Shown here one piece after another: positions 59,597-64,000 of a stretch of 64,000 bases of DNA. The stretch is from NCBI RefSeq assembly GCF_009914755.1, contig NC_060929.1. One strand, 5' to 3'. The DNA is from the human T2T-CHM13v2.0 reference genome, Homo sapiens. The position numbers and the translations under genes were made by a program. Each line of letters begins with the position of its first letter. Positions within the stretch are counted from its first letter, which is position 1. The notes beneath the pieces are model-generated. The model searched no databases, had not been told where the DNA came from, and worked only from the letters and a program-made list of their open reading frames with translations.

Positions 59597-60332
59597 ATTT
59601 TGTTTGTTGATACATAAAAATTGTATTTATTTATGGGTTACATGTGGTATTTTGATACATGCACGCAACCAGTAATGATCAAATCAGAGTAATTGGGATA
59701 TCCATTGGCTCAAACATTTATTATTTCTGCATGTTTAGAACATTCTAAATCTTCACTTGTAGCTATTTTGAAATATATAATAAATTATTGATAACTATAC
59801 TTACCCTACTGTGCTATGAACACTAGAACTTATTCCTTCTAACTGTATTTTTGTACCCTTTAACCATCCTCTCTTCATTGCCCCCTCCCATAAACTTTGC
59901 AGCCTCTGGTAACCACTATTCTACCCTCTGCATCTATGAGATCTGTTTTTTAGCTCCCATAGATGAATGAAAAAACACGATTTTTGTCTTTCTGTGTCTG
60001 GTTTATTTCACTTAACATAATGTCCTCCAGGCTCATCCATGTTGCTGAAAGTGACAGTATTTCATTTTTTTTATGGTGGAATAATATTCCATTGTGTACA
60101 TATACTACATTTTCTTTCCATTCTTGGTGTGTATACACCACATTTTCAATTCATCTGTTGATGGATATCTGAGGCTGATTGCATATCTTGCTATTATGAA
60201 TAGTACTGTGATAAACACTGGATGTGCAGATATCTTTTCACATAGAGATTTCCTTTGTTTTGGATATAGACCCAGGAGTGGGATTGCTGGATCATACGGA
60301 AGTTCTATTTTTTATTTCTTTTTTTTTGGGAA
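59597..60332 (-). mobile_element. L1MA4-like 3' end
   Basis: aatgatcaaatcagagtaattgggatatcca..ctcaaacatttatt; minus-strand ORF ...KKNEILSLSATWMSLEDIMLSEINQTQKDK is the ORF2 end. Confidence 0.92.
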
Positions 60333-62879
60333 CGTGATGCCTGGTAATTATTAATTGGTTGCCAAATATCGTCTTAACTTTTCTGGAGATATTTTTTATT
60401 TATTTCTATAAATAGTTTGAGTTTACTTTGGGACATAGTTACACTATTTGAAAACAGGCTGCTTCTTTTAAGTCTTACTTTTAAGGTTTGTTAAGCTGAA
60501 TTAAATCAATTCTCAGTCTAAGGATCCCCCATTCGTGAGGCATGACCCTTGTGTGTTCTGTACACAACACTTTGTAAATCATACATTATTTAGAGAATCT
60601 AATGAGAACAGGCACTTTTACAGGCATTGTAACCTCAAATATGTTGGATGGTTCTTTTCTCCTACACATACCAATCATTACTCATCTCAGTAATTGAGGT
60701 GTACCCTCTGCAGATCCTCGGAGTTCTCTGTTTGTGTTACACCAGTATTTTCTCCTGTGAACTACAGGCTCTTTGGGGTCTCAAATCTCCTAAATTTAGA
60801 GTGTGCCAGGCTTCACCTGTTTTCCTCATTTTTCTCTGCATCCTGGAAAATCGCTCTTAGCAAAAAATTAGGGCAGTCGTAAGGATTAACTTATTTGGTT
60901 TCTATCTTTAATGTTATCAAAATTGTTTGATTCCCCATATTTTACTCTTTAAGGTTAGAAGAGTGTATATCTTGTTTCTGTCAATTCATCTCAGCCAGAA
61001 GTAGAATATTTTCTTATAGGAGCATACTAAATAACTCCTGAATATTTCTGCCAAATAGGCCTAACACATGATTTCTGATTATGTCAGTGTGACATATTGG
61101 ATAATATCACTGTGAAAACATTGCTAATAAGCTTTGACTTCGTGAAAATTTCAAAAGAGTACATGCAGAGAGCTGTATCTTGTTATGAGGCAGAAGTTTA
61201 CAAATCTGAGGACTGCAAAGCAGGTTCATCCTGGGGGCTTATTTTGTTTGGTGAAAGATTTTTTTTTATTATTTACATTGAATTGTAATGTCCTGAGACA
61301 GGTTATGCGCACGCTGATTTGTGATCAGCTCCAACTCAGCTGTAGCATCATATTACTTGCCTGGAGATTGAAGGCATTAAAAATTGTAAACACTTCCCCT
61401 AAAACAACAGTGTTCTAAATTTTTCCTTGTCCAGGGGTCGACTCCAATTCTGAAATACTGGAAAACACTACTACATGCACGTGCACATGCGCAGCACTAG
61501 TGTTCTTCAGTAATATTTTCTTGTACATTTGGGAAAATGTTAATACACCAAATGAATGATGGAGGTTTCTTAATGTCCATATAATCAATGTCTAATGAAA
61601 ACATCACATTCATTTTTTGTTACCCTGATTACCAAGACCAACTTTTCCGTTGTCTTTTGCTCACAGGGCCAATAATATGAACTTCATATATTTAACCAAC
61701 ACTATTTTAATTTTCTGAGATTCTCTGTTGCAATATGTTTGAGGTTCTAGATATGACATACTATTTACCTGAGATAAGCCATTTTTATTGGAAAAAGAAA
61801 TGCACTGATTTTGAATAACTATTGGAACGAGATAAATCCCAGAGTCTAGAAAGGCTAATAACACTTTAAGGGATGAATACTCACTGAATTTCTAATTAGA
61901 AAATATTTTATAAAAAAGAAAAAGAAGATGTTACAGTGTGTGGATATATAGATTATTTTATAGTACATGCACACATTTCTATCTATAATAGAAAGGTGGC
62001 TGTATATGTTACTATAATTGAAATGAGTTCATCACTTTTTTTAAAGTTTTCTGGAAAGGTTTTATAGATCATACTAGTATTATGCTTTTCAGTTCAGTCT
62101 AAAGTGGTGTTTTAAAATGAAGTCATCTATTAAGTTAATTGCTCTAAGCCAACCAATATTTTGAGAAAAGTCACATGAAAATTAATGGCTAATTACTTCC
62201 CAGTTGCTCTTTAGCTCAGGTATGATATTATTTTATAATTCAAATTAAATTGATATTTTTCTACTTATACATTTGTAATTTGCATATTTTCTTGTAGTTT
62301 TTATTAAACATTTTGTATAGATGTTTTTACTATATGATAATAATACAGAGAAACAATGTTACTCTATATAGACAAAAATAAAATAGGCTTAAAATACACA
62401 CACAAGCACACACACATCCATATATATGCAATCTCTGTCAAATGGCAAACCATGTAACAAATAATTACAAAAATATTTAATTAAATACAGTAATAGGGGC
62501 CTGTAATATAATTTATTCTATGCTATTTTATCTAATTTTTCATATGCATACCACTCACATAATTTAATATATATGCATAAATTTGATCCTTTCTGATTGC
62601 TTTTTTGCAGTTTTTTAAGTTTGACTTATTTACCTACCATAAATTTCTCCCATCACTGAAATTATCCACGTTCTTCATCATCCCTTACTTCAATACTGCA
62701 AATACACTTAATACAAAATAATATGTAGGATTTATTTCATTTTTATGAAATGCTCACATACATATAAAGTGTATTTTGCTTTAAAGAAATACCATTATAA
62801 GAAACTTAATACATCTTGTTTTTCTTACATTTTTATTTTCCTCATTTTTTGAATATTCTTCCAAATCAATGGCATAGAA

Positions 62880-63460
62880 TTCAATTTTTAAATGTACGCA
62901 TGCTCTTAAATTTTACATATGTAGCATAATTCACTCATTCCCTAACTGATGGATATTTAGATGTTTCATTTTCTTTCCATTATGAAGAATAATGAGATAC
63001 ATATTCTTGCATATGTATCCTTAACAAAAAATAGATTTTTAGGTGAATTTTCAGGGGAAGTTTTTTAGAGGCAGGGTATAACTATTTTTTTTAATTGGTG
63101 GCCAGGTTGATTTCCATAAGTAATCTATATGAATGGCCTTTCCCTTTTATCCACAAAAAAAGGCCTTAATTATTATTTTGTAGTGTATGCATCCTCACCA
63201 ATAATAACTTACTGTTACTTTCTTTTGAAATTCCCTAGCTACTTGGGAATTTGAGCATCTTTTCATACTTTTGTTGGCTATTAGCATTTATTCTGCAAAT
63301 TTTATACTCATTCCACTTACAAATATTTTTATCGGAGTTTTTGTATATTTCTTGTCAATTTTAAGAGCTCGTGATACATTTAGTATACCAATCAAATTTT
63401 TTCATATCTAACATTATTAAACTACATTTGCTTATTTTACATTTCACCATAAAACAGATT
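62880..63460 (-). mobile_element. Ancient L1ME ORF2/3' fragments
   Basis: ctgatggatatttagatgtttc..atattcttgcatatgtatcc; ttgagcatcttttcata..ttgttggctatt. Confidence 0.55.
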
Positions 63461-63689
63461 TATTTTTATTTATATTTTAAAAAATACAATTCAACCATTT
63501 TACAAATGTGTGAAGCAAGCTTACTGAGGGGGTGAAACAAAAAGATAATCTAAATAATTTTTGAAATAAGTGGAGTCTGTAAAATGAAAGGCAAACACAC
63601 AATGTATAAATATAGTGATCTTGTTGATAAAGTTTTTTCACACAAGGGTATGGGTTAATAATTCTGATATTACTATACATGTAATTTGG

Positions 63690-64000
63690 AATTCTACAAT
63701 TAAGTAAATTGATGGCAGATGATAGGATCTTAGTTTCTTAATATAATGGTGAGAGTGCACGGATGAGCAAGGAAAGAAAGAATTATTCACATGGCAATTG
63801 ATTAGAGTCTGAGACATCAGTAGGAACTCATGTTTAGTTTAATACAGATAGAGATGGTTAGATACAGAAATATTGATATATATGAACATATATACGTAAG
63901 TTAGGATACACACATAAAACTTGCTATCTCTGTTGAAGGCTTAGAAGCAACAACAACCCAAGTGGAAACAAGTATATGAAGCTCCTTGGATCATTTACAG
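63690..64000 (+). mobile_element. L1MC/L1MD 3'UTR fragment, running off the window
   Basis: gattagagtctgagacatcagta..aactcatgtttag..atagagatggtta..tagaagcaacaacaaccca. Confidence 0.65.

Noticed and set aside
61475-61495. tgcacgtgca palindromic E-box within a purine-pyrimidine run
   Set aside because: Only 10 bp; expected by chance in 64 kb

Overview
AT-rich primate (almost certainly human) genomic DNA, from a gene desert or a very large intron. I find no intact protein-coding gene, RNA gene or CpG island. The ORF track is explained by Alu, L1 ORF2, LTR, (TA)n and transposase-fossil sequence. The window is a mosaic of about 19 Alus, L1MA/L1PA/L1ME pieces, L2/MIR relics, solo LTRs (THE1D x3, MLT1, MER50, LTR6B, MER31, MLT2A1, MST/MLT1A, MER54, LTR14B, LTR16) and DNA transposons (Tigger1, Tigger2a, Tigger4b, MER82, MER45C, and a near-complete fossil Charlie/hAT transposase). 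Subfamily names come from recalled consensus sequences, not from a search. The most notable signals are: a ~300-bp SCD retrocopy fragment ending at a very proximal 3'UTR site (56750-57065); a ~600-bp GC-rich orphan insert inside an MLT1 LTR, possibly rDNA intergenic spacer (2860-3456); a 116-bp perfect palindrome inside a 31-bp AT-rich minisatellite (2036-2151); a 50-bp perfect fold-back palindrome at an Alu tail (35119-35168); several templated-insertion scars; and a possible degenerate MARK/SMOK-like kinase fossil (~59140-59340). I cannot support a new functional multi-gene system from this sequence.
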